From a virus, in IMG/VR virus record IMGVR_UViG_3300047157_000171: a stretch of DNA of 64,000 bases; one strand, written 5' to 3'. Of this stretch, positions 29,087 to 38,496 are shown in pieces. Numbering within the stretch: the first letter of the stretch is position 1; every line of letters begins with the position of its first letter. A program made the translations under genes and the position numbers. Under the pieces are notes generated by a model. It was given only the letters and a program-made list of their open reading frames with translations. It made no database searches and had not been told where the DNA came from.

Positions 29087-29938
29087 ATGAAACAAACATT
29101 AATAGAATCAGAAATTAAAAGACTTATGGAAATCATGAGTGTTGAGGTGTCTGAAGGTTTTAACGAAGAGGGTTTACCTGATTTTAAGTATTACGCATTT
29201 GATTGGGATGATAACCTAATGTATATGCCAACTGAAATTATGGTGAAAAGTTTTGGAGACCAAGAAATAGGTATGGGTACTGCAGATTTTGCTGAGTACA
29301 GAGGACAGATAGGAAAAGAAGATTTTGACTATAAAGGTCATACTATAGTTGGTTTTGCTGAAAATCCTTTTAGAAATTTCGGTGTAGATGGAAATGACCA
29401 ATTTGTTAAAGACGCTATGATTGCTAAAACAGGTCCTTCATGGAATGACTTTATAGAATGTATTAACGGAGGTTCAATATTTTCTATTATCACGGCAAGA
29501 GGACATAACCCTGAGACATTAAGAGAGGGTGTGGAAGCTATTGTTAAAGACGGTAAGGGTGGTTTATCATTCGAATCGTGCGTGGAGTCACTTAAGAAAT
29601 ATAAAGGTGTTATAGACGGGGATGGTGAAGAATTATTCCAAGAATATTTAGACCTATGTAGATTTCATCCTGTTTCACACGGAGCGGGTAGTGCTGCTAA
29701 CCCTGAAGAAGAAAAAATTAAGGCATTAGAATTATTTATTAAACACGTTAATTCTTTATCTGAAGAATTGGCGGTTACGATGGAGTTAGAAAATGACATC
29801 AAAAATAATTTTGTCCCGATGATTGGGTTTTCTGATGATGATAAAGCTAATGTCGACAATGTAAAAAAATACTTAGACGACAAAGGAGAAGAAAATGTCA
29901 ACGTGTATTACACTAAGACTGATAAAACAAAGATGTAG
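29087..29938 (+). CDS. HAD-superfamily phosphatase with intact motifs
   Basis: FDWDDNL (motif I), IITARGH (II), 'EEEKIKAL' (III), GFSDDD (IV). Confidence 0.75.
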   Translation: MKQTLIESEIKRLMEIMSVEVSEGFNEEGLPDFKYYAFDWDDNLMYMPTEIMVKSFGDQEIGMGTADFAEYRGQIGKEDFDYKGHTIVGFAENPFRNFGVDGNDQFVKDAMIAKTGPSWNDFIECINGGSIFSIITARGHNPETLREGVEAIVKDGKGGLSFESCVESLKKYKGVIDGDGEELFQEYLDLCRFHPVSHGAGSAANPEEEKIKALELFIKHVNSLSEELAVTMELENDIKNNFVPMIGFSDDDKANVDNVKKYLDDKGEENVNVYYTKTDKTKM

Positions 29939-30087
29939 ATACTAGAACTAGTATACTAGTAATATTTAAGTTATTATATTTTATATATTTTATTTCTTAA
30001 GTGTTTTTAAGTGAGTTATACTGGAACTAGTTTAAACAAAATAATTAAAAGTGTCAACTAATATCGAAAGATTTTTAAATTACTTGA

Positions 30088-30095
30088 TATTTATA
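30088..30095 (+). promoter_or_regulatory. putative late promoter TATTTATA (tube)
   Basis: Exact motif 33 nt before the ATG. Confidence 0.65.
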
Positions 30096-30128
30096 GATAA
30101 ATAAGAAACAAATTAAAAAAAATACAAA

Positions 30129-30617
30129 ATGGCTGATTTATTAATGAAAATGCCTGTTCCTTACGAACCAAAGAAAAAGAATAGGTTTATTTTAAGATTC
30201 CCTTCAAGTTTAGGGATAAATGAGTGGTATGTAAGTACAACATCTAGACCTTCAGCGAACATAGGTTCAGTTGAAATACCATTCCTAAACACCTCAACAT
30301 TCGTTGCAGGTAGGTTTAATTGGAACACTATTAATGTAACGTTTAAAGACCCGATTGGTCCTTCAGCGGCACAAGCATTAATGGAATGGTTTAGATTACA
30401 CGCAGAATCTGTTACAGGTAGAATGGGTTATGCTGCGGGTTATAAGAAAGATATTGAATTAGATATGTTAGACCCAACAGGTGTTGTGGTAGAAAAATGG
30501 ATTATACAAGGAGCCTTTTTAACTGACTTAAACTTTAATGACTTATCTTACTCTGATGAAGGTTTAGCTGACATCTCAGTAACGTTAAGACCAGATAGAT
30601 GTATATTAGTATACTAA
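30129..30617 (+). CDS. tail tube protein (gp19-like)
   Basis: 'YEPKKKNRFILRF', 'GRFNWNTINVTFKDPIGPSAAQALMEW', 'YKKDIEL..LDPTG.VVEKW...GAF'; late motif at 30088-30095. Confidence 0.88.
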   Translation: MADLLMKMPVPYEPKKKNRFILRFPSSLGINEWYVSTTSRPSANIGSVEIPFLNTSTFVAGRFNWNTINVTFKDPIGPSAAQALMEWFRLHAESVTGRMGYAAGYKKDIELDMLDPTGVVVEKWIIQGAFLTDLNFNDLSYSDEGLADISVTLRPDRCILVY

Positions 30618-30644
30618 AACTATAACGGCCATATAAAATTAAAG

Positions 30645-30669
30645 AAACTCACTTCATGTGGGTTTTTTT
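30645..30669 (+). terminator. intrinsic terminator after the tube gene
   Basis: AAACTCAC-ttcat-GTGGGTTT stem followed by a T-run. Confidence 0.65.
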
Positions 30670-30720
30670 ATGCTTTACAATGTGGTTATATGGTGTATTA
30701 TTAAAACAAAAGTGTTTAAT

Positions 30721-31471
30721 ATGGACGAACAAAATTATAAAATGGAAGTAGCCTTCGATGTAATACCGTTACCGACTAACGGGGTATTCTACAAAAATAA
30801 GAAAGACACACTTAAAGTTTCTTTTCTTACTGCATCGGATGAAAACATTTTAACATCACAAAACTTAATCCAACAAGGTTTGGTTATTGATGAGTTACTT
30901 AAGGTTAAAATCTTAGATGACGATATTACCGTGGATGAATTACACGATTCAGACAAAGAAGCCGTTTTATTGTTTTTAAGAAATACCGCATATGGTTCTA
31001 TGATTAAACTATCTGTAATTGACCCTGATACCGGTTCTTCGGTTGAGGTTGATTATGACCTACAAAACATTAAGTATAAAAAATTTACTCTAACATCTGA
31101 TAGTGAAGGGTTATTTGATTATACACTACCAACATCTAAAAAAGTCGTTAAATTTAAGTTCTTATCACCAAATGATGAGAGAGAATTAGAAAAAATTAGT
31201 GAGGTTTATAAAGATATGTTAATAAAACCAACAGTCACTAAAAGGTTAGAAAAGATGATTATTTCAGTTGATGGTGAAAAAGACCCAATGAAAATATCAC
31301 ACTTCATTAGTACAATACCTATTAGAGATTCTCAGAGTTTTAGGAAGTATGTCACTGACAACACACCAGGTTTAGACAAAGGGGTAGAGATAACTTTACC
31401 TTCGGAAAAAAAAAATACAAACATTCTTTAACCTTGACACAGAATTTTTTCGTCCATTCTACGGACTATAA
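30721..31471 (+). CDS. baseplate hub / tail assembly chaperone (T4 gp26-like); probable extra A in the A10 run at 31406-31415
   Basis: 'FDVIPLPTNGVFY', 'TASDENILTS', 'D..A.LLFLRNTAYG'. Removing one A gives the C-terminus LPSEKKIQTFFNLDTEFFRPFYGL (stop 31469-31471). Located between tube and tape measure. Confidence 0.7.
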
Positions 31472-31637
31472 AACATCTGTTTTAGAAGAAATCTATTATT
31501 TAGGGAAACATCTGAATTTCACGTATAGTGATGTTATGATTATGCCTGTCTACGAAAGAAAGTTTTTTGTTAATATGTTAGTTGAGGAATTTGAAAAAAA
31601 GAAACAAGACTACGAGAACGAAAAGGCTAAAAGGTAA
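31446..31637 (+). CDS. gp51-like / G-T-type chaperone C-terminal ORF lacking a good start codon (probable frameshift extension)
   Basis: IYYLGKHLNFTYSDVMIMPVYERKFFVNML resembles the gp51-like 'H..YS..E...M.PWER..Y' pattern. The first in-frame ATG is at 31536, inside this motif. Confidence 0.6.
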   Translation, partial: FFVHSTDYKTSVLEEIYYLGKHLNFTYSDVMIMPVYERKFFVNMLVEEFEKKKQDYENEKAKR

Positions 31638-31671
31638 TCTACATTATATCCACAAAAAAATGGTTGACAGG

Positions 31672-31679
31672 TATTTATA
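31672..31679 (+). promoter_or_regulatory. putative late promoter TATTTATA (tape measure)
   Basis: Exact motif 17 nt before the ATG. Confidence 0.6.
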
Positions 31680-31696
31680 GTTATACTTAATATCAA

Positions 31697-33541
31697 ATGA
31701 ATATTACATTTAAAGACTTAATTGCTGATTTAGAGATAACAGACCCTCAAAAGAAGAACAAATTGGATAGATATGTTCAGAGTGTTGCTAATGAGGCGGC
31801 TAATAAGTCTAATAACAAAATCAGTAGTAGTGGAACCTCTGCGTTAGATGGTGTTAGTAACTATATAACAGAATTAGGTCAAGTTAATGCTTCTGCGATA
31901 GCTTTTGATAAAAATATTTTACAGTTAACTGACGATGTTTTAGATTTTGGTAAAGCCATGATTAGTATGGACTTTGGTAAAATTATGACATCCTTAAGTA
32001 CTGTTGCTAAACCAATAATAGCACTCGATGGTGCTCTTAGAAAACAAGTAAATGTTAGTCTTGGTTTAACAGGTGGATTGGCTAGAGACCTTAGAACCGA
32101 CATGATTGAGGTTGCTGAGGAGACCACAAAATATGGTATTCAAATAGAAGACGTTGCTGCTGCATACTCATCTTTTATAACCGACTTAGGGCTTGCGGTT
32201 CCTATCAGTAGGGATGTTGCTGAAGGATTGATGTTACAATCCAAAGCCGTAGGGTTGAGTGCAACTCAAGCAGGTTCTTTCTTAGCTACCTTAACAAATT
32301 TTGGGGTTGGTTTAGAAAAAGGACCTGAAACACTCAAAGAAATGGCTTCAACTGCGAGGTCAATGGGATTGTCTACCAACAAATTTATGAACTTTGCCAC
32401 TACAAATTTAAAGATGATAAATACTTTAGGTTTTAGTAAGGGAATTAGAGGTTTTACTCAGATAGCCGCAAAGGCGTCTTCTATTGGTTACGACCTTGCT
32501 AGTGCACAGTCCGCAGCTGAAAAACTTTTTGATATTGATGGTGCGGTTGAAATGGCGGCACAACTAAATGTTTTGGGGGGTGATTTTGGTAAGTTAGGTA
32601 ACGCAATTGATTTAATGTTCTCACCAACGAACGACATGGAAGGGTTTACTAATTCATTAATGGATGCGACTAAACAGTTCGTTTCTTTTAATGCGGAGAA
32701 AAACACATTTGATGTTAGTCCTTTAGATTTAAGACGAGCACGTGAATTTGCTAAAGTAACGGGGATGAGTATCGAAGAAGTTATACGAAGTGGTAAGAGA
32801 TTGGCGAAGATGGATATGATAAAGGATAAAATATCTTTCTTACCAGATTTATCCGAAGACGAAAGAACATTAATAGGAAATTTAGGGTCTATAAGTGATA
32901 GTGGTGAGGTTACTTTAAAAGGTAAAGTTGTTAGTGAAATGGGAAGTGTGGAACTTACAAACACACTTAGGTCTTTAAAACAAGAAGACAAGAAAAAGGC
33001 GATGACTGAGAAAGAAATATTAAACGAACAGTTAAATATGTTTAGTAAATCCGTTTATTATTTAAAGGCAATAGCATTACAGGTTACAGGTGCAGGAGAT
33101 GGTGGTGGCGCCTTTACTGCCGTTGGAGATGACTTAAACGATTTGGTATACGATATGATTAAAGACGATACCAAGAGAGAGGCTATGTTAGATAGTTTTA
33201 TGACGATGTTTGCCAAAAATGATATTAGAGGTATTGAGGCTAGTTTAGAAGCAAATGCTAAAACAGATGACCAAAAAATTGCGGTACAAGGAATTAAAGA
33301 CAAGATGCAGTCTTATATGGATGAATATCAAAAAGTTATGGGGGTATCGGCAAAAAATAGTGGTATCTCAGGGGTTGGTAGTTCTTTGAAAGAGAATGTT
33401 GAGGTTAAGCTTAGTCCAACGACAAATGTTAGTGTTACCATTGATAGTCAATTGGAGAAATTCACTAATGATGAAAGAAAAATACTTAAAAATTATGCTG
33501 CGAAAGTGATTGTGGATAATCAAGGAGATAGCGGTAGATAA
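31697..33541 (+). CDS. tape measure protein
   Basis: 614 aa, Ala/Gly-rich helical, 'AEKLFDIDGAVEMAAQLNVLGG'; canonical position after tube and chaperones. Confidence 0.75.
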   Translation: MNITFKDLIADLEITDPQKKNKLDRYVQSVANEAANKSNNKISSSGTSALDGVSNYITELGQVNASAIAFDKNILQLTDDVLDFGKAMISMDFGKIMTSLSTVAKPIIALDGALRKQVNVSLGLTGGLARDLRTDMIEVAEETTKYGIQIEDVAAAYSSFITDLGLAVPISRDVAEGLMLQSKAVGLSATQAGSFLATLTNFGVGLEKGPETLKEMASTARSMGLSTNKFMNFATTNLKMINTLGFSKGIRGFTQIAAKASSIGYDLASAQSAAEKLFDIDGAVEMAAQLNVLGGDFGKLGNAIDLMFSPTNDMEGFTNSLMDATKQFVSFNAEKNTFDVSPLDLRRAREFAKVTGMSIEEVIRSGKRLAKMDMIKDKISFLPDLSEDERTLIGNLGSISDSGEVTLKGKVVSEMGSVELTNTLRSLKQEDKKKAMTEKEILNEQLNMFSKSVYYLKAIALQVTGAGDGGGAFTAVGDDLNDLVYDMIKDDTKREAMLDSFMTMFAKNDIRGIEASLEANAKTDDQKIAVQGIKDKMQSYMDEYQKVMGVSAKNSGISGVGSSLKENVEVKLSPTTNVSVTIDSQLEKFTNDERKILKNYAAKVIVDNQGDSGR

Positions 33542-33577
33542 AAACAAAAAAATAATTAAGAATACTATATATAATAT

Positions 33578-36500
33578 ATGTCTAATTTAAATTTTACAAA
33601 TACTGAGATATTAAGAAACAGTTTACTAAGTAGGAATCTAGATAATTCTTATGGGGTTAGTACTCCTTTGCCTAATACTTTCACCGATTCCACATATGGA
33701 ATACAAGGTACTTCAGACCTTTCAGTAAATGACCAATTGGATGTTAGTGAAACGGCTGAACCAATCATAGACACGATTGGTGTTTTAAATCAATATGGTC
33801 CTGAACAATATAGTATAACAAGTATTCAAACGGTAATAAGTAGTATTGGTAGTCAATTAGACTATTTACAGAGTTTTGTTCCTTCACCGAGTAGAGGTAG
33901 TTTAGGGTTAATTTCAATATTAACGGGTGACGATAATGGTGAGGGTGATACTGAAATGGTTTCTATCGCACGTGCTCAACTTAGGGGTATGGCATTGGAA
34001 ACGATGGGTGTTAAGTTAAGAGAATCTACTTTAGGTAGAATTAACGCATTAGACGCTATTAATGACCCAACGGCTTTAGACGGGTTACTAACAGGTAGAG
34101 AAAATATCATTGAAAGAGATTACCAAATTACAGTCCCCGGTAATCCGATAACAAGAGCGGCAGAATATTTCGCAAGAGTTTCGGGGACACAGTTACCCGT
34201 TTCTTATATTCCTGGTGAGTTCTTTGAAGAAAATGTTGAAAAAGGTAAAGTTGAAGGGTTTTTAGATAAGGCTGGTTCTGCGATTGGTCAAGTATTAAAT
34301 TTAGACTTTAACAGTCACAAAAAAACATATAGTCAAAAACTATTACAATATACTTCGGGTGGTCAAAAATCAAGACTATTTAAATCCGTAAATTATAACA
34401 AATATAAACCAAACTTTGATAGTAGTGTTGGGGGTGTTTTAAACAATGTTGTTGGGTTTGTCCAAGGACTTGTAGGGTTAGACCCTTCAGATGGGTCTTT
34501 TTACGTTGGTTCGCCAGACTCAGACCCAGGAACAATCTTTAACTATGATAGTCAAAGTAACACACAAAAAGGGTTTATTGTTTCAGGACCGTCTAAGATG
34601 GTTAAAATGTTTGAGGGTGATATACCATTAAACACATACCCACAGAGTGGTAGAAAGTACTTAAACGGTACTAGACCAAGAAATACAGAAACCGATTTCA
34701 TTTGGATTGGTGATGGTAATGATATACCAAGAGGAACGATAGATGGTGTTTCCGTACAATCAAACGAGAAAACCATTAAAGAAGATACTCTTTTAGGGTT
34801 CACAGAAAAAATGGTTCAAGACGCATCCGCATTAGAGGGTGAAGCAAGATTAAAACATCCCGGTACTGTTATAAGTAACGTGGCCTATAAATATCATGAT
34901 GGGTACAAAATAATATCCAAAGGTAGTGGGGTTATAGGTGAGGATGATGACTTCTGTCGTGTATGGACTAAAGATTACGGTTATGACCGTTATGGAAGGT
35001 TGGTTAGACATAAAGGAATACAAAATAATCAGAGAAGGGTTCCTGGTTCTGTAATCAGGTCACAAATGATGTTAAATATCGGACCAACTAAAGATAATGA
35101 TGGAGAAAATATAAATTTTGGAACAGATAAAGAAGGTAAGAACTTAACTAAGTATATGTTCTCAATTGAGAATTTAGCGTGGGTTGGTTCTGACAAATTA
35201 AAAGACCGACCAATATGTGAACAAGGACCTAACGATGGTAGAATTATGTGGTTCCCTCCTTATGATTTAAAATATACTGATGATAATAGGGCGAGTTGGA
35301 CCTCACACACGTTCTTAGGTAGACCTGAACCCGTATATACATATAATAATTCAGAAAGAAGTGGTACTATTAATTTTAAAGTTGTTGTTGACCACCCTTC
35401 AATTGTTAATTTATTAAGAAAAAAATTAGAGAAGAATATACCAGTAGAAAAACAAGAGGAGATAATGACCGCTTTCTTTGCTGGTTGTAAAGATTATGAT
35501 ATTTACGAATTAGCGAGTGAGTTTAGTTCACTATCAATGAACGATGTTGAAAGGCTTGACGAATATTTAAAATTAGAAGGGGACTTAAAATCTGATGTAA
35601 AAGATGGAGAAAGAGTCATTGCTAAACCAGTAGAATCGGTGAAGAAAATTAAGTCTGTTTTTGAAGAAAAATATGATAGTAAAACGAAAGATATTCAGTT
35701 ATATTGGTTTAATGATGTGCCGGGACCAAACACAACGGCAGATAAGACACCTAATTCGGAGTTTGATAATGACCTTAATGGTTATATAGAAAGGTTTGAC
35801 GCACCTCAAGAAATAGATAGTGATTACCAAAAAAAGGTTAACGAACTTACAGACGATGATTTATTTGAAGGAGATGTTAATTGGGGGGAAAATGAATTAT
35901 TGAATTTTAAAGGTATTTTAGATAATATTAAATCGGTTGTTGAAGAATTAAAGACAACGGTTAAGGAGACCCTTAACCAAAAAGACGACGAAAAGGATAA
36001 ATTCACATTTGAAATAAAGATAAAAGCGACCACGTCTGCGGTTGCGACACAAGAATATAACGATGCTTTAGCTAGTAGAAGAGCGGAATCACTTAAGAAA
36101 TATTTGTTAGGGGATAAAGACCAAAAAAGGATATCTATAGTAATAGAATCAACAGGTGAAAATCCTAAATTCTCAGGTTTGAATTGTACTAAACTACAAA
36201 ATACGACTAAAGGTAAAATATACTCAAAATCGGCAACTTATTGTCGTACGGCAACCGCTAGTATTACTGTATTAGGTGAACCAACAGTTCCTGTATATAA
36301 GCCGGGAAAAACAGAACCAACATACAAGAAAGCGATAGATAAAATAGAAAAAAACCCTGAGAATAAAGACGGTTGGGATTTAATATTAAAAACTATTCAC
36401 TCTGAATGTGATTACTTTTTAGAATTAAAAGAAACTGACCCGTTGGTGTTTGGAAGCTTAGTGGAGAAATTAAAATATTTCCAACCAGGTTTTCACTCAA

Positions 36501-38173
36501 CAACACCTGAAGGGTTAAACTCACGATTAACATTCTTACAACAATGTTTAAGACCCGGTGAAACAATAAAAGTTTTTGATGAAAACAAAAATGAAGTTAC
36601 TGACCTATCATCAAATAGTGCGTTTGGGAAACCACCAATCTGTGTATTAAGAATTGGAGACTTTTTCCATACCAAAATGGTTGTTGATAATGTCAATTTT
36701 TCGTATGACGATGCGTTATGGGATATGAACCCTGAGGGTATTGGGATGCAACCAATGATTGCGTCTGTTAATATGGGGGTTAAGTTTATTGGTGGTCACG
36801 GTATTGGTGGTGCGGTTAACGAATTACAAAACGCATTATCGTTTAATTATTATGCGAACACAGAAGTTTATGATTGGATGTCGACTGAGACTGATGGTGG
36901 TAGAGACCCTAAAAAGGTTGAAGAAATTCAAAACGCGTATAAAGATAGAATGACTAAACAATTATCAGACAATTTAAATAACCCAGAAATATCAAAAGAT
37001 GATGACGAATATTGGGGTAATTTAATGGAAAGTGATACTGAAAATATTACATATAATCAGTTTTATAATAACTTTACTGAGAGTATTAATGATTACGCAA
37101 ACGAGTTAATCACACAAACAAATAACCTATATAACAAATTTGGTAACTCTGCAGTACGACTACTTTATGATAAAGAAAAAAGATGGAACATAAAATCCGT
37201 TACAAAATATAGTACGACTGATAGTGTTGAAATAGGGTATATTGGTAGAGATGATTATGATTACAATGAAGCTTATGATAAGATATTATTTCTCATTCAA
37301 TTAGTGGTTGATAATGTAAACGAATTTGCAGACGAAATCTACATCGAACTAAAGAAAACGATAAACTTCAATGAAGAGAAAAACGAAGAATATATAAAAA
37401 TAAATAAACACTTATTAAAAGAGGTTAAAAAGAAATTTTCCGATTTTGGAATACAAATACAGAATTCGATAAGTGAGGTACACAACAAACAGAAATCATT
37501 ACAAGAGTCGTTAGATGCTTTTAATATCATCTTAGGTGATGAAATTGATGGGTATAGAGGTAAAGACAACGAGTTTGTTGTGAAATACCTTAATAATCTA
37601 ACACAGGATAATGGAGATTTATCGGGTGATTTTGAATCTGTGTTAAATAAAACGAAAAAACTTTATGATGATTATGTGTCCACACTATCTGGCGAAAGTA
37701 AAGAATATGAAATAAGTTCTAAATCTGAATTAACAGACATAAGTAAAGGAAACATCACTTTAGATGCTGCTCTTTATTATTACAATGAATTACTACCCTT
37801 ATTTTTAAATGATGGTATACTTGATATTGATGAACAAATCAAAAACAATACGGAATTTGATAGACGTATTAGAAGAAAATTTGCAGAACAGTTAGTGATT
37901 ATAAAAAATAAAAACGTTAAGACTCTTAATGTTGATAGTGTTACTTGGGAAAACGTTGTTAAAACAAACCAAGTTTATGACTTTAGGTTAACCGAATCTA
38001 TTGACCCGTCAAACACTGAGATATTAAATGAATATTATAGACAAGTTAATCCTAATAAAGAGGATTCTAAGGGAATATGGAATCCATTTACAATGCCTAG
38101 TTTAGGTTCTCCAGATTCTGCGGTACTTTATAATCCGCCTAACCAATTTAGTAATGACCCTCAAATGGCCTAA
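33578..38173 (+). CDS. large baseplate-centre / tube-initiator protein (gp48/gp54-like tube-fold segments) with an inserted OmpA-like domain
   Basis: 'RIMWFPPYDL...W....FLGRPEPVYTY..SERS...F' and 'PPICVLRIGDFFHTK.VV.NV..SYD...W...P..A.V'; OmpA-like 'SAVATQEYNDALASRRAESLKKYL' at about 36030-36110. Confidence 0.6.
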   Translation: MSNLNFTNTEILRNSLLSRNLDNSYGVSTPLPNTFTDSTYGIQGTSDLSVNDQLDVSETAEPIIDTIGVLNQYGPEQYSITSIQTVISSIGSQLDYLQSFVPSPSRGSLGLISILTGDDNGEGDTEMVSIARAQLRGMALETMGVKLRESTLGRINALDAINDPTALDGLLTGRENIIERDYQITVPGNPITRAAEYFARVSGTQLPVSYIPGEFFEENVEKGKVEGFLDKAGSAIGQVLNLDFNSHKKTYSQKLLQYTSGGQKSRLFKSVNYNKYKPNFDSSVGGVLNNVVGFVQGLVGLDPSDGSFYVGSPDSDPGTIFNYDSQSNTQKGFIVSGPSKMVKMFEGDIPLNTYPQSGRKYLNGTRPRNTETDFIWIGDGNDIPRGTIDGVSVQSNEKTIKEDTLLGFTEKMVQDASALEGEARLKHPGTVISNVAYKYHDGYKIISKGSGVIGEDDDFCRVWTKDYGYDRYGRLVRHKGIQNNQRRVPGSVIRSQMMLNIGPTKDNDGENINFGTDKEGKNLTKYMFSIENLAWVGSDKLKDRPICEQGPNDGRIMWFPPYDLKYTDDNRASWTSHTFLGRPEPVYTYNNSERSGTINFKVVVDHPSIVNLLRKKLEKNIPVEKQEEIMTAFFAGCKDYDIYELASEFSSLSMNDVERLDEYLKLEGDLKSDVKDGERVIAKPVESVKKIKSVFEEKYDSKTKDIQLYWFNDVPGPNTTADKTPNSEFDNDLNGYIERFDAPQEIDSDYQKKVNELTDDDLFEGDVNWGENELLNFKGILDNIKSVVEELKTTVKETLNQKDDEKDKFTFEIKIKATTSAVATQEYNDALASRRAESLKKYLLGDKDQKRISIVIESTGENPKFSGLNCTKLQNTTKGKIYSKSATYCRTATASITVLGEPTVPVYKPGKTEPTYKKAIDKIEKNPENKDGWDLILKTIHSECDYFLELKETDPLVFGSLVEKLKYFQPGFHSTTPEGLNSRLTFLQQCLRPGETIKVFDENKNEVTDLSSNSAFGKPPICVLRIGDFFHTKMVVDNVNFSYDDALWDMNPEGIGMQPMIASVNMGVKFIGGHGIGGAVNELQNALSFNYYANTEVYDWMSTETDGGRDPKKVEEIQNAYKDRMTKQLSDNLNNPEISKDDDEYWGNLMESDTENITYNQFYNNFTESINDYANELITQTNNLYNKFGNSAVRLLYDKEKRWNIKSVTKYSTTDSVEIGYIGRDDYDYNEAYDKILFLIQLVVDNVNEFADEIYIELKKTINFNEEKNEEYIKINKHLLKEVKKKFSDFGIQIQNSISEVHNKQKSLQESLDAFNIILGDEIDGYRGKDNEFVVKYLNNLTQDNGDLSGDFESVLNKTKKLYDDYVSTLSGESKEYEISSKSELTDISKGNITLDAALYYYNELLPLFLNDGILDIDEQIKNNTEFDRRIRRKFAEQLVIIKNKNVKTLNVDSVTWENVVKTNQVYDFRLTESIDPSNTEILNEYYRQVNPNKEDSKGIWNPFTMPSLGSPDSAVLYNPPNQFSNDPQMA

Positions 38174-38178
38174 AAATT

Positions 38179-38496
38179 ATGCAGTACTACGATAGATATT
38201 CTGAATTTCATTTTAACGGAGAACACAAAGTTGTTCCGGCGATTAATCTGAATAAAAAAGGTTCTGATGTTGTTGTTACCTATAAAAAGGGTGTTTCAAG
38301 ATTGGATAAATTTTCACAACAATATTACGGGACACCGTTCTTTAATTGGTTAATATTACAGGCAAACCCAAAATATGGTGGTTTAGAGTGGAATATTCCG
38401 GATGGTGATACTATAATTATACCATTCCCTTTGGTCCCAACTTTAGAAGAGTATAAGACAAAGGTAGACGAATATTACTACTACTATGGCAGATAA
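38179..38496 (+). CDS. LysM-like baseplate protein (gp53 / tail protein X-like)
   Basis: 'YKKGVSRLDKFSQQYYG.P...WLILQANP.......IP.G..I.IP'. Confidence 0.8.
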   Translation: MQYYDRYSEFHFNGEHKVVPAINLNKKGSDVVVTYKKGVSRLDKFSQQYYGTPFFNWLILQANPKYGGLEWNIPDGDTIIIPFPLVPTLEEYKTKVDEYYYYYGR

